A DNA stretch of 38,197 nt. It comes from Octopus bimaculoides (Eukaryota). The notes under the pieces are model-generated. The model searched no databases. It was not told the origin of the DNA and saw nothing but the letters and a program-made list of their open reading frames with translations. Made by a program: the position numbers and the translations under genes. Positions 23,518 to 37,981 of the stretch are shown here, in pieces. Every line of letters starts with the position of its first letter. Positions within the stretch are counted from its first letter, which is position 1. The DNA is taken from the NCBI RefSeq assembly GCF_001194135.2, contig NC_068998.1, positions 22,146,838 through 22,185,034 of the forward strand, written 5' to 3'.

Positions 23518-23779
23518 NNNNNNNNNNNNNNNNNNNNNNNNNNNNNNNNNNNNNNNNNNNNNNNNNNNNNNNNNNNNNNNNNNNNNNNNNNNNNNNNNNN
23601 NNNNNNNNNNNNNNNNNNNNNNNNNNNNNNNNNNNNNNNNNNNNNNNNNNNNNNNNNNNNNNNNNNNNNNNNNNNNNNNNNNNNNNNNNNNNNNNNNNNN
23701 NNNNNNNNNNNNNNNNNNNNNNNNNNNNNNNNNNNNNNNNNNNNNNNNNNNNNNNNNNNNNNNNNNNNNNNNNNNNNNN
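23518..23779. other. Assembly gap
   Basis: N run. Confidence 1.
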
Positions 23780-23805
23780 ATATATATATATATGTGTGTG
23801 TGGGC

Positions 23806-23836
<31 letters not shown>

Positions 23837-24344
23837 TGTGTGAGTGTGAGTGTGTATGTATATATATATATATATTTATGTTTGTGAGTGTATAACGTAT
23901 ATATATCAAAACTGTAGGGAGTAAGAAGAAATAATATGGAAATGGTTTGTGTGGAAGTCTAACACCTCAAAGCTTAACTTACAGCACAAATCCAAATCAA
24001 CGCATTTGTGTGCAGCTATATCTTAAACTCATTGACCATTTATAGGCATATACAAATGTCATACTATATTTTCAATGGATGACCAATACTTTTGACGCAT
24101 GCATGTTAACTTTTCATATATAGCATAGACATAAACTTATAGCCTTAAGTAATATTGCGTAATGTACATTATATGTGATATATATCTTAGTGTTGTAAAT
24201 ATATTTTGCCACTCAACAGATTCCTTTACATAGATTTACCTCAAAAGCGCTTCATATAGAATCAAGGTATATTTTCTGACTCTTGACATTTCCCATGAGT
24301 TAAGGTTACGCACCCAGCTGAAAACTCTTAAATCCATTACATAT

Positions 24345-26720
24345 TCAACTATATTATTTATTGCATATTGAATATTACTGGTACAGGAATGTTTCAGAGA
24401 AACGTTCCTCTCCTTTTGTATAACATTTCTTATATTATGACCTTGTTTCCCTGGACTTTCATTTCATTGGCAATCATCTGAATTGATATTAATCTAATGA
24501 ATCATTTTCCTACCAACCACTATTCACAGTTCATGTATCATACTTATGGAACTACGTAAATGACTATATGAAATCAATATTTAAATTGAAGTCGCTACGT
24601 AAATCACAGGAATTTTAGTGTCCTTCTTTTCATTTCATACGATCGCTTACGAAACTCCATAGAACTGATTAACATATTATGGTTGAATAGAACCAATAAG
24701 ATCAGGTTTTGAGGAGGACAGATATATCGAGTATTTTTGCCAGTAAATCTAAAACCCTATGCAACATTTTAATCTACTTACCATAAATCTAAAATTGGTT
24801 AAGGAATTCTATGACATGTTCAATTGGTATATTAATGGAATTATTCTGGAGATATAATTTTTCCTCTGCTGTTATTTTCTCTTTCTATCTTCGTTTACTT
24901 TTTCGCTTGTCGCTATACTTCTTAGAAAGTTTAAATACACGAGAGAATATTCAACTATAAATACTAAAATATCGATCGTGCTGAAAATGTTGCTGACGGG
25001 GTGCTCTTTACCTCTTCAACGTTGTAAGAAATATATTTATAATACAAAGCCATTATAAGAATCACGTTGATGAAAACTTCTTAAATGTCATTAATAAAAT
25101 ATTTGCTTCAATGTTTGGAGGTCTTCTCGTTCCTACATACACAACTTGCCACTACATAATTCATTTCATAACCTGTACATTTCCAATCAATCATTTTCAC
25201 TTCCATTACACTCACTCATAACAACCACAAATACCAGCACTAGAACGACGACCACCACTACTACCATCATCACTATGGCCACTACCACCACCATCGGCAT
25301 CACAATCATCATTAAACATCACTGTCGCCGTTATAATCACCTAGTTATGCACATTTTTTTATCGTTGCTGCTATAATATTTTGTTTATGCAAATCAGTTT
25401 TATATGTTTATATGTAAACAGAGACACAAGCATATAAACACACATATACACATGGTTGTTGTTTGTCCTCCTATAAAATCACGCTAAACAAAAAGTATAT
25501 AAATGTCAAAAATACTAAATTTCTTAAATAAAATAACCGTGGCATCATAGATAATCTGCAGCAAATACCTTTCACGAGAGGTATATCGATTTGGGAATTT
25601 GAATACATCTAATGTATAAAAAAAAAGAATGTCTAATACATTCATTCATTCATTCATACATCCATACAAACACAGAAACACAGACACACGTACATACATA
25701 TTTGTATACATAGATATCGGAATCGTTACAAGTATGTAAATCTTCAACAGTGTAAAGTCTTCTATTTCAGATTTTTGATGCTCATCTGTTTTAACATCTA
25801 TGACAGAAAAGGAATTTAGCAAGGTGTTTCTTTAAATACAAGTGCAGAACATAGAAATTAGTTTTGCCAGCCCTTGTAGATTACGAAACAGATTATGGAG
25901 AGGCATCTGTAAAGGGCGTCAGATAGAAGAAATGTATCGCTACGTGTTTGATCATATATCCAGCCATGAGGATACACAGCTAGAGAATAACAGCAAATGC
26001 ATCTCCATACCCTTATTATTAAGTTTAATAACATCATCATTTCTTGATTTGGAGTAACAATAAACAGATTCAGTCTTAAACAGGAATTCGAGTATTAAAA
26101 TGATTCAATATATTTATTAGTTTAGTTCACAAAACATCGATTTTTATTTCCATGAAATCAATGGGAAGATAATTGAATCGGTTAACCTCTGAGTTCCAAT
26201 CAAAAGTTTTGATTTTCTGATTTACTACCGCTAGACTTAAGTACTTATATAAAGAACTCGATTAAATCACTTTAGAAATAGGAAATACAATAATCTATCT
26301 GAAAGTCGATTCATTCTAGCTTCAATATGAATTTTGAAAATCATTTTCAATTACAAAATTCAGCTACTGCTACAATTCTACAAAACAAACTTTTCATATT
26401 TCAAAATGGAATTTTTCGCCAAATGTAGGATTTTTTTTTAGTTCTCCGAAAACAACCTTTAAGTTCATATATGAGATAATCATATTCTATGTCAACTACT
26501 AAATAAATATCAAAGAAAATTCAAATGGAGCTATAATAGGCAAAAAAAAAAAAAAAAAAAAAAAAAAAAGAATACAAAAAAACGATGAAATAAGTTATTT
26601 CCATTTATAATTGTGACGTTTGTGAAGCTTTCTACTTCAACGTTTCATTTTATTCGACCTAATATTATAACTATTATAAATAAATTGATATTTATTTGAA
26701 TAATCGTTTCTATCATGAAA
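24345..26720. repeat. Old segmental duplication Y, copy 1
   Basis: Co-linear blocks shared with 34618-37122, e.g. ttaatctaatgaatc, gaggacagatatatcgagtat, aagtttaaatacacgagagaatattc, caatgg..agataattgaat.ggttaa, gaactcgattaaatca. Confidence 0.9.
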
Positions 26721-26800
26721 ATCAGCTCCGCAACTTTTCAAGTAACTATCAAACTATGTAAAAATTATCATTTTGTAATGGTACGTGCAGGAATACATTC

Positions 26801-26844
26801 CACCACCACACACCACCACCACCACCACCACAACCAAAACCACC

Positions 26845-26901
<57 letters not shown>
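26801..26901. repeat. (CAC)n-(TAC)n microsatellite
   Basis: Read directly. Confidence 0.97.
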
Positions 26902-26903
<2 letters not shown>

Positions 26904-27099
26904 CAAAGCAGCACTAGCAGTAGTACCAGAACAACTGGTAGTAGTTGTAGCAACATCTGTTACTGCTGTTACACATAATGTCTCTTTATTGACTCCAAGG
27001 GCCCACGTAAAAGATACAAGAGAAATTGGTACAAAACAGAAAAAAAACACACAGATTGGTTTGTACATGTAAACAAATTTACAACAAAAGCAATGGTAA

Positions 27100-27660
27100 A
27101 AGACTACTACGGTCAGGAAGTAGTACATGACGAAGCTGATGAAGGCGTTCGCCACCTCCGTCGGAACTATCCTGGTCTCAAAACATTTCTTAGTGAGATA
27201 CCCCACTCTTTTCTTTACCTCATCCCGGATTTTGTCCAATGGGAGATACAAAGGAAATGAAACATCTAGAATATAATCGGTCCTTCCATCGCCGAACAAC
27301 GTAAGCCAGCATGGACTCGCCTCTCCTGGTGAAGAATAGCAAGGTCCTCGACATATCTTTATTTTTGCTCCTGTTACTGACTCGTATTTCTTTACAGAGT
27401 GGTACTGGTCACTTCAGCATGCTTCCTGCACCTTTCACATCCTAGTTCAGTTGGGATGACACCCGATTTATGCAGTAGTGGCTCTAGAATCAATACAGAA
27501 TAGACGAGCATGGACCGCCTTTACAGGCAGATTGCTATCAGCCTGTCGTAACTCTCCGATACCGATGCTGTTTTTGCAGCATACCACCGGATTAGGCACC
27601 GATGTCAGCCCCACGAATCGGTTACACAGTTATTCCAAAGGCTCGAGTAAATTAAATCTA
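27100..27660 (-). mobile_element. L1/Tx1-clade LINE RT fragment (decayed; YADD region deleted)
   Basis: Minus-strand YSVLILEPLLHK, KKYESVTGAKI, VVRRW, EVANAFISFVMYYFLTVV match Tx1-type RT and post-RT motifs across frameshifts. Confidence 0.72.
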
Positions 27661-28601
27661 GTGGTATCTCAGTGATTTTCTATTTGTCCCACTTTTGGAC
27701 CTAAATTTCTTGGAATCAAGAGTGGAATGTCACTTATTACTGATGCTCTCAAAACTTTCCTTTCCTTCTTCGATTTGAGATCTCATCTCACTTGTACGAA
27801 AATATCTGGAACAACGTAGCTTTTCCAAGAAACGTTTTCTGTCTCGATTTACAAAGCCATATGGATTTTAAAGGATGTAGATTTGCTCTTAAAAATTCTA
27901 AAATTGGACAAACCTTCTCAGAGCCAACTAGACTCAGAAGGCCCACGCTTCAATCATGTTTAAAGATTGATGGTAGGCAAAGAAATCTCAAAAATCTCAA
28001 TATTTTTAGTACATTTTCTTGATTGCAACACTAAGTAAGCCCAGTGCAGCATATATAGAGCCGAAGAACTTACTTTTAAACAATAATCAGTGCGTTTCCT
28101 GTTTTACATAAAAAAAAAAAAAACTTTTTCAGACATGACAGAGTTCGAATTTACCTGCGCGGAGAGCAACACTTCTGGATTAAAAATAGTAAACAGATAT
28201 TATAAGCACAAACCAAATGTTGTGTCCATGAAGATGAAGGTAAACATTGTCAGAGATATGCTAATGCACATGAAGTTGAGTATCAAACGAGTTATTGTTG
28301 TAGAGGATGACCCGGAACAGAGGCATCGTTCCTGTCAAATAAATTATATCTCAAAGAAATTAAGAATTTTCCCAAATATAAACATCAGGAAAACGAAATA
28401 AATAACAGTTAGAGCCATCTGAAAATTGGGAAGCACTGAGATGTATAATGAAACCCCAGGATTTAGAAATATTTATAACATGCCAAAAGCTTGCATTTCT
28501 AACAAGTACTTAGAATCGATGTATTAAAATGAAAATAAAATACTCACATATCAAGTACTTTGTAGTGACTGCAGCGTATTAAATAGAAGATACGATTAAT
28601 A

Positions 28602-28637
<36 letters not shown>

Positions 28638-28645
28638 AATGATGA
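28602..28645. repeat. (GAT)n microsatellite
   Basis: Read directly. Confidence 0.95.
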
Positions 28646-29227
28646 TAAAGTGCATTTTGCTTGTTCATATTGTATGTCTGTTTTGGTAGAGTGTTAAGCG
28701 AAGGAAGGTAATAATTCGGATGGAGAAAGATATATAGAAAGAGGCGAAAAAAAAAGAAGATAAATGAAGGTGGTGGAGTCAGGGAAAAAATAGAAAGATA
28801 ATGCACGAGAGAAATAGAAACATAGGCGGAGAGACAGAGAAATAGAGAGTCAGAGACTGAGAGGTAGAGACAGAGAGACAGACAGAAAGAGAGGGGGTGA
28901 AAATCAATATAATTCTGCATTTGTGTATTCAAATCGCAGGCGTAAGCGATATATTTAACGTAATGAAATACTGTCATGAAGATCTAAAAGTTTATGCAGT
29001 AAAAGATATATCGATAGCTATTTCAATAAAAGCGAAATAAACTTAGTTATCAAATAGCTGTGGAACTTACACTTTTATCAATTACATTTTCCAGACAAAA
29101 GTCTGTGGTCATACTGGGGCAACTTCATAGTTCATCTCTTTTGTTAATACTTTTAGATGATTATTGGAATTATGAGAATTTACAGATACATAATTCGGTA
29201 GAAGGGAAGGTAGATAAGATAATTAGA

Positions 29228-29246
29228 CAGACACACAGATAGATAA

Positions 29247-29299
<53 letters not shown>

Positions 29300-29328
29300 C
29301 AGACATACAGACAGACAGACAGACAGAC

Positions 29329-29382
<54 letters not shown>
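29228..29382. repeat. (GATA)n/(GACA)n microsatellite
   Basis: Read directly. Confidence 0.97.
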
Positions 29383-29383
<1 letters not shown>

Positions 29384-29546
29384 AGGGTGAGTCTACAGAT
29401 TTAAAAATAGATTTAAAGAAGAAACGTTATACATAAAAGTAGTTTTGATTAAGTGGCTGGATTTGAAAGGAATTTTTTTGGGAAATGACATTCTTCTGTA
29501 AACACAAGCAATTATACAGACTTCCGCTGAGGAATTTTCACGGGTC

Positions 29547-29723
29547 CTGCTAGAAATAAAGGCGTGGAATTTTAGAGGAAATTGATCCTTGATTGCTTGG
29601 ATTCCAGCTCTAAACTGGTGCTAATTTCACCGACTCCGAAAGGATGAAAGGCAAAGTTACCCTCGACAAAATTTGAAGACGGACGGAATTTGCCCTGCGT
29701 GCTAGCGGTCTGTCAAATTGCCA
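29547..29723 (-). mobile_element. tRNA-derived SINE, same family as 20333-20469
   Basis: ccgactccgaaaggatgaaaggcaaagt...aaatttgaa...gacgga...cgtgcta. Confidence 0.75.
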
Positions 29724-29725
29724 CT

Positions 29726-29900
29726 ATCTGAAAGGAGGTTGGCCAAACGATTACATCCACCCCAGTACCCATTTGGTACTTATTTTATTGTTTCCGAAAG
29801 TCACCTCCTGCGAAATTTAAACTCAGCATGTAAATTCAGACGAAATGCTGCTAAAAATTTTGTCCGTTATTCCAAGGATTCTGCCTGCCCACCGCCGCAT
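29726..29900 (-). mobile_element. tRNA-derived SINE, same family, diverged
   Basis: tggtacttattttat...ccgaaag...gaaatttaaactcagc...gacgaaatgctgcta...gattctgcc. Confidence 0.65.
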
Positions 29901-29910
29901 CCCACTCAAA

Positions 29911-30099
<189 letters not shown>

Positions 30100-30260
30100 A
30101 TTTTTACTGGATGCACAAGGCCTCAAATTTGGAGGAAGGGATTAAGTCGATCACATCGGCCCTAGTGCGTAACTGGTACTTATTTGATCGACCCCGAAAG
30201 GATGAAAGGCAAAATAGACCTCGGCGGAATTTGAATTTAGGACGTAGAGGACGTAATATC
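30100..30260 (-). mobile_element. tRNA-derived SINE, same family
   Basis: cacaaggcctcaaatttgg...taagtcgatcacatcg...ctggtacttatttgatcgaccccgaaaggatgaaaggcaaaatagacctcggcggaatttgaa. Confidence 0.88.
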
Positions 30261-30450
30261 AACAACAACAACTACAACAACAACAGCAACGACGACAAGA
30301 AGAAGAAGAAGAAGAAGAAGAAGAAGAAGAAGAAGAAGAAGAAGAAGAAGAAGAAGAAGAAGAAGAAGAAGAAGAAGAAGAAGAAGAAGAAGAAGAAGAA
30401 GAAGAAGAAGAAGAAGAAGGACAACAGCAACAACATCAACCATCACAATA
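30260..30450. repeat. (AAC)n-(AAG)n microsatellite
   Basis: Read directly; about 41 AAG units. Confidence 0.97.
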
Positions 30451-30859
30451 ACGAAGATTCTTAACATGTAATATCGACAAAACCTTGCCTCTGAAAACTA
30501 TCTAAAGAACATTAGGAATATAAAGAACAAGTAATAGTTTATTTATGTTTTCCACGTGAAATGATGTATTATGACTGTACAACCTTCAACACTTACAAGC
30601 ATTTGTAAGCACGCTCACCACATTGCATTTGAAATGAACAACACACCGTCTCTGTCCCTCATCATAATATGCAAAAAAGATGAAATATGAAATAAGATAA
30701 TACCTGTAATATGCAACTCAAGAAAACAAACGAGAAACGCGTAATTTAAAACGTACGAAATATTACACCTGCAAAACTATTTAACAACAGAAACGAGCGG
30801 TACCCAACGAAAATGGTAACCATCTAAATAAAGGGCCAGACGTTATTCCTTCCGTCCCG

Positions 30860-33155
30860 CAAATAAAAACAAAAAAGCATAAGTGAACATGAGTGGGGAA
30901 TATCCTACACGATTATTTTACAACAATGTTCTACCCACAAAACGAAAATGTAGCAGCATACCCATGTAAAACCCGGAGGGAAAATAAACTAGATCTGTAT
31001 ATAGCGATGAAGTTTAAGAAGCTAGCCAACATAAAGTGATACATTCTGAAAATAAAAGGCAGCAGAAATTGAAATAGAGCAGTTAAAAGGAAAAGTATGT
31101 CATGAAAGCGCAAAGCGTCCCCATAGAAAAATATCTAACAATAACATAATTACTGGGATTGTAAAACTCGAATATAGGCATTACATGAGCAATGCAAATG
31201 AAGTAAGCAGTGAAACACATATATAAACGGGAATGAATGTGAAGCGAACCTACAAACTGAGAACGATAAATTCGGAAAACATGATTATGATACTTTGAAA
31301 ACTAATATAATCAGGTAATAAAAAGCCACAGAAGAACTCAGTACCGACTACCGACTGTAATTTCCCTAAAGTAGACTGCTTAAAAAAAACAGCAACGGTT
31401 ATAACAGACAAATTTGGCTGTCAAATAATTAATCGCAACGGAAGCGTATGCCAATATGACCAGATAAAATGAAATAAGATATTCAGCAGCATCTGTGGCC
31501 ACAAAAGGAAAGTGGATACTCCCTCAAATTCATCCAAGTAGGAGTAACACAAGGACAACTAAAAGACTGTATGCAAAACTAATACCCAAGAGAAAGAGGA
31601 AAATAAAACAAAGGATCAGTCAAGCAGTTCTAAAATTGGTAAGCAAACAAGACTACTAAACAAGAATTTAATACTACAAAAATACAAAATAACAGAACAA
31701 GGTATCCCTGAGATAAAAGAACTGATAAAGCAAGATATCCTCAACAAAGAAGAATGACTATGTCAGTATGAACAGCACCAGCGATTTTTTGAACAAAACA
31801 AGCTGTTTAACCCCAATTCAAAACAATTCTGTCAAGCACTTGATAAAATTAAAATAGAGATCAATACCACAACAATAGCCTAAGTGGAAGTGTTTTTCAA
31901 AAGAAATATGGTGGGTGAAGGAAACAACAAACTCACCGCATGAACCACTCAAGAAGCCTATAACGACAGAAGAGATAACCCAGGTACTGCAAAATCTAAG
32001 CGACTGGAAGGGACCAGGGCACGAGAAGATCCACAATTTCTGGCTAAAATATTTAACAGAGATACATGAGGTGCTTGGCAGAGAAGTTCAATGAAATGTT
32101 AGCAGAGCTAGAGTCAGCACATAAATGGCTCGCAAAAGGGGAGAAAACATCCTAATTTCCAAATGCAATGAAATCCACAAAATTACAGACCCATAACATA
32201 TCTTCCTACAATTTAGACAGTCTGAACGGCAATAATATGCTTGAAAATTGACACACATCTAGTAAGGAATAAATTGTTTCTAGAAGAGCAGAAGGGATGT
32301 TGCAAAGCCTCATATGGCTGCAATGTGAATTATTGATCAATTAAACCCTCACTGAATACAGCCAAAATGATAAGAAGTTTCTAAGCCTGGCTTGGATCGA
32401 TTACTGAAACGCTAACTGTAAACAAGGTAGCACAAACAATAAAAAAAAATATAAAACATATCATGAATAAATGACAAACAGTTTGTTCTGAAGTTCCAGA
32501 CAGAAGAAAGACTTATAAAAATAAAGGCCATTCCCATTAGGTGTGGCATATTTCCAGAAGACGCGCTCTCTCCAGTCCTTTTCTGACATTTTAAACAGAA
32601 GATGTGAATGCAACTGCTACGGTTAAACAATCAACCATCTCTTGTACATGGAAAATCTAAAACTGTATGATGCAAATGATAAACAGCTTACTTGGGATTT
32701 ACCAAAGAAATTATATAAAATTCGGCTTAGAAAAAAGTTGTCAAAGCAACATTGAAAAGAGAACTAGTTAAGAATTACAATATCACACTAGGTAAAGAAA
32801 ATGAAATATACGTGTTATACCAAAACCGAACATACAGATACTAAGGAGTCAAAAACTAGATAGAGTACAAGAAACAAATGAAAGAGAAGATAAAGAAGGA
32901 ATAGTACAGGTGAGTTACATTAATACTTAAAATAGGTGAAAGCGAAAAGCAAGATAAGTATGAATACCTGTCGGTTTCTGTTTTCAATACCTGCTTCTGT
33001 TTTCAAGGAAGCCGAAAAATTCACGAAAGGGATCATAGTACCTGACAACCCCGAAGAAAACGAACAAACTAGAAAAGCTGTAAAGTAACGAAAATTTAAG
33101 CTACAGCTAGAACTACAACATACCATGGTAAAGCGATGGCAAGAAACGGTCTGTA
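30860..33155 (+). mobile_element. R4/Dong-clade non-LTR retrotransposon (decayed)
   Basis: N-terminal HK*T..ILHDYF and KKLANIK; RT motifs WKGPGHEKIHNFWLK (~32005-32046), NYRPIT (32181-32198), EQKGC (32286-32300), LAWIDY, GIFQ, YMENLKLY (32645-32668, from YMDDLKLY); post-RT SVFKEAEKF..WQE (33137). Confidence 0.88.
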
Positions 33156-33325
33156 TGCCTTGGGTATGTATTGTGATTTGTTTTGGTGTTCTTTTCACTG
33201 TATTGGAAGTGATTTATGTGGAATGTGTGTGGTACCTACTCGCTATTTTCTCTATGTTATATACATTCGTAAGTTCTGGTGTTTTGGGTATGTATTTGTG
33301 TGTGTGTTTTCTTAGTCAATGTCCG
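33148..33325 (-). mobile_element. Inverted C-terminal/3' fragment of an R4/Dong-type element
   Basis: Minus strand encodes PKTPELTNVYNIEKIA..GT.HI, resembling the recalled R4/Dong C-terminus, followed by a CA-rich 3' UTR-like tract. Confidence 0.6.
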
Positions 33326-34617
33326 AATGAGAACCATATTTATACAAAGAATGCTGGACATGCATATCCAATGCACACGGCACTCTTAGGGGGGCACCAC
33401 AAATAAACTATGAAGTGATAAAAATAGCATAAGAGGCGTAAGGGTAAATAAAGTGAACGAACTGAGAAAAGTGTGAAGATTCATTGCACGACATATTGAA
33501 AAGAGAAATGGACATGGCAGAGGCAGCCACATACCAAAAATTGATAACGATACTAAAATGAAATAACGACAGAACTGGCCACACAAAGAAATAAACAATT
33601 TGGTTGAGGAAACCAAAAACACCCATAAGGAAACCGAAACTCAAAAGGACATAGATCATAAAAGACCCCAACAAAACAAGCAAGTATAATAAAATATATC
33701 AGTGGAACACCTAACTACAAAGAGAAAAGGTAAAAAAAAACACCTACACCAGGTCAGAGCCACTAGAATTATTGATGTGTACGGCCTGATGAAGTAAGAA
33801 TAATCTAACAGAAGACAACAAAAAACAGTTAACATGAAGCAGTGATAACGATAAGGAATAGGTGCAGATGCACTGCACATAATTACAATTCTTATTGTAT
33901 TTTAGTGTGGGAATAGTTATACTTTAGACATCGTTGGTAATATAATATTGAAAGCTAAATATACATTAACATACAGCATACGCATCTTAGTATAAGATTA
34001 ATGTTCTGCAGAGACAAATATGGTCAATACTTTCTGACGTTTGCATTTTGACTTCTCCGATATCTCATGACATCAATCCATTATTTAGATATGGATAATA
34101 TTAAATGCATATTCCATATATGTACCTTGGTGTATATTTCATTACTAGTCACTCCTTTACATAAATCGTTTCCAATCTTGTGTCTGATATTACTAAAGTA
34201 TTTATCCATCCTCACATTTGACATCTGATATACGATAAATGTATACATCGAGATCAAACTTCTTAAAACCAATTACATAATTAACTATGGGGGTATTCAG
34301 GTGACAGCTTATATAGTGTGTTGGACAGATTCTGGGTGCAATTTCTCTCGAGACTTCACGATCTATGTTCAAATCCTAATTTGCTTCACAAAAGAACGCA
34401 GTTATAAATATAAGGGCTAGTCATTCTTTAGTTTTCTGTAATTCTCTCACTCCCGCTTATATGGGAGGCCTGTCGATCTCCAATATTTGTGAAAAAGGAA
34501 GAGTGAGAACACAACTAATAATTTTTAACCGTAGAAATCGGAAGAACTAAAAGGAAGCATTTTCAGCCCAGGGACTGGCATGATGGATCTCAGGCTACAG
34601 CATAAGATCGAATGGTT

Positions 34618-35831
34618 CCACTACATTATTTATTGTATAGTAAAAGTTACTGATACGTGAGTGAAGCAGTGAAATTTTATCCTTCAGTGTAGCGTTTATT
34701 ATGTTCTGAATTTGTTTTCATGGACTGTCAATTCGTTGACAAGCAGTTTAGTTTATATTAATCTAATGAATCGTTTTCCTACCACACGTTATTCACAGTT
34801 CACGTAGTATTCACATAGAACTACGCAAATGCATTCTAATTCAACTTGCTACGTAAATCACTGTGAATTTACTTCCATCGCATTCATTTACGAAGTTCCA
34901 TAGAATTGATTAACATTATGGTTCAATACAACCAATAAGTTCAAGTTTTGGAGAGGACAGATATATCGAGTATATATTTTTCTCAGTACATCTAAAACCC
35001 CGTGCAATATTTTAATCTACTTATCATAAATCACAAATTGGTTAAGGAATTCTATGTCTTATTCCATTGGTATTTTAATGGAAATATTCTGCAGATATGC
35101 TTCGTCTGCACTCATTCTTTCTTCGTGCCTTCGTTTACTTTTTCGCTTGTCACTATATTTACCAGTAAGTTTAAATACACGAGAGAATATTCGACTATAA
35201 ATAATAAAGTATCGATTGGGCTGAAGTCGGTGTAGTAGATGTGCGTTTTCCGTCTTCAACTCTGAGAGGAATGTGTTCATAATAAAAATACATTGTAGGA
35301 TTCTCATTGATGAAACTTTCTTAAGTATCACTAATAATAAATTTCTTTCTACGTTTGGCGGTTTTCTTCGTCCTTTTATTTACTGGACACTAAACACGCA
35401 TCATCATCATGGCCATGATCATGATCATCATCATAATCGTCATCCTCGTCGTCATTCCCGTTCATGCAAACCTCCACATCGTTGACGTTTTCATGCTCAT
35501 CACGACCATTATCTCATTTACTTCATTGTTATTACTATCCTAATAACACCTTTGCATGAACAAGTTGTATAAGTTTTCTTATAAACATGGCTATAACACA
35601 AACAACAAAAAATCCTTTACGGACGTAAAGTATTTTTGTACAATTAACAGCAACGTACGAAAAATACATATTAAACATATGCGGAATACGTTTTTAAATT
35701 AGCATTTTGTATATTAAGCGCCAATAGTCTCAAATGTAAAGCAATTAAATGTCTGAAATTACATGTAGTGAATTTCTAAGTCTATAAATCCATTTATTAA
35801 TGAGAACATATATATATATATATATATATAA

Positions 35832-35882
<51 letters not shown>

Positions 35883-37122
35883 GACAGATAGATAGATAAA
35901 TGGATAACGATGATTCCTGTCTAACAGCTCAAAGATACGGTCACTAGCAATATGCAGTATTAAATCCTAGCGAAACAGTTTATTTAACGAGAAACCTCTT
36001 ATTACATCACCAGAGGAAATGTGTTGAGGGATGCACCACCGCTAGTTGTATTATTTCGGACTCGCTAGGAAGCGATGCAGGATGTATCGAAACCTTCGTT
36101 GTGGACAGTAAAATTTCCTGTGTATTCCATTTTCCGTCTCTATCATTTGTTTTATACTGAACGAGCACTATAGGTTTCCCGCGGTAGATCTAGCGACACT
36201 TGCGTAAGTACCATATATGACGTCAGGTAGTCATGGGCAGACGATGTGCTTTATTAGGCTACAACCAGAAACACACCCAACACTTCAATATCTATATGCG
36301 TGTGTATGCGCGCGCGCGTGGTCGACACAGCAATGGATTTGAACACTTATCTGCATATGCATGGCTGATTAAAGGATGACACATCAAGACCAATAAAACA
36401 ATAAAAACAATAAAGTAAAGAAAACAAAAACAACACCGAAAGAACGTTGTATCTGCACTGTTAATATTATTTGAGATATAATGATTAATAATTTAATTAA
36501 CAATAAGCAAATACAGGCTTACACAGAGGAACAGAATTCAAAATTATTCAACATAGTTATTAATCTAGTTTTCATTACACAACATTGTTATTTATATGAT
36601 AACAATGGCAAGATAATTGAATTGGTTAAATTCTCGAAGGTTTTAATGTTTTTGATTTACTACTGTTGATTTCATGCACTTATAGAGAGAACTCGATTAA
36701 ATCATTTTTGATATTGTACATAAAATAGCTTATATCAAACTTCATTCGTAATAGTTAAAATATGGATTTTGCAAATCATTTTAATTTATAAAATACCTGG
36801 TAGAAAGAAACAGACACATAGTTGACATGTTTTTCATATTTAAAAATAAGATTCTAAAACAGCAGAATCATTTTTGTTTCATGATTTAGGGAAATAATTG
36901 TAGATTTCACATATAAGATAATTATATTTTACGTCAAATATTACATCAAAAAATTTCAAATGTAGATATGGTAGCTAAAAAAAAAGATAAAACATATATC
37001 ATATTTCAATTTAAATTTTTGTGAAGCTGATGATTTCGATATGTTATTTAACTAGAATTTATGTTAATTATAAACTTTATAAATGAATTAATATTCCCCT
37101 GAATAATAGTAGTGCCATGAAA
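34618..37122. repeat. Old segmental duplication Y, copy 2
   Basis: Co-linear with 24345-26720; offset about 10.3-10.4 kb. Confidence 0.9.
35950..36085 (+). pseudogene. Candidate WSC-domain remnant
   Basis: K-C-V-E-G-C (36017-36034), then TTASC and, after a 1-nt shift, Y-F-G-L-A-R-K-R-C (36052-36078), fitting the WSC pattern C-x3-C-x5/6-Y[AF]G[LV]-x4/5-C. Confidence 0.45.
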
Positions 37123-37860
37123 TAGAGCGGGCCATTCTTCAAATAAATCTGGAAGTATGGAACTGTAATAGTTTGCAATAAAATATATGGAAATAATTGA
37201 AATATAAATAATATTACTGCAACAAGTCCATGAACAACAATAACAACAACAACATCAACAACAGCAACTACATCATCAACAACTACTACTACTAATACAA
37301 ATAAAAATAATTATTATAACAATAAATGCCCTGATGCACTACTAGACACTGGCTCTCATAGTTTCTAATCTTAACTCGTTGGAAGTGTTATGTACAATGT
37401 TTGTCTTGCTATATAAGATAGACTTTAGTGAAAATTCTGATTACTAACACAGATTTGCTTGTCAGTTGTTTGACTGTAACCAGTTGAGCATGTCCCTTGA
37501 TGGCTGACAATATGTGCCTCTCTGATCACGAGAAGAAATAGTGGGGGAGCATTATAGTCATGTGTTGTGAGGAATTCTTTGGGGTTTGAACAATTCACCA
37601 GTGGAAACATGTGTGTTTCGTTCAACATCATTAAACAACGCCTATTCAAGGACGGTTTGAGTGAGATAAGCTACTCGACGTAAAAAAAAAAATTCTACCT
37701 GTGTGGCACCTGCGAGACCATGCGCTGTTTATCTTGATATGACATTACCATGTTGTGCTCATAAGGTTGTGAGGCATGTGCCTGGTGCATTTTATTACAT
37801 GGGTAGTCATGATAGGTATACTGGCCTTTGTATATTTTACCTCCTGTGTCACTTTGATGT

Positions 37861-37861
<1 letters not shown>

Positions 37862-37895
<34 letters not shown>

Positions 37896-37922
37896 TTACT
37901 GCTGATGCTGCTGATGCTGCTG

Positions 37923-37981
<59 letters not shown>

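Noticed and set aside
3376-23909. ORFs containing X runs
   Set aside because: They are open only because they span N-gaps.
26754-27299. 181-aa minus ORF as a host gene
   Set aside because: It is a Tx1 RT remnant read through into a (GTA)n/(GTG)n microsatellite.
33786-33815. CTGATGA as a hammerhead core
   Set aside because: No helix II followed by GAAA could be built.
36218-36225. TGACGTCA (CRE-like site) as a promoter element
   Set aside because: An isolated 8-mer, also present in the Penelope 3' region; no transcription start evidence.
37425-37800. Possible minus-strand LINE RT remnant (GIPH../PPLFLLVI)
   Set aside because: Motif similarity too weak to assign by eye.
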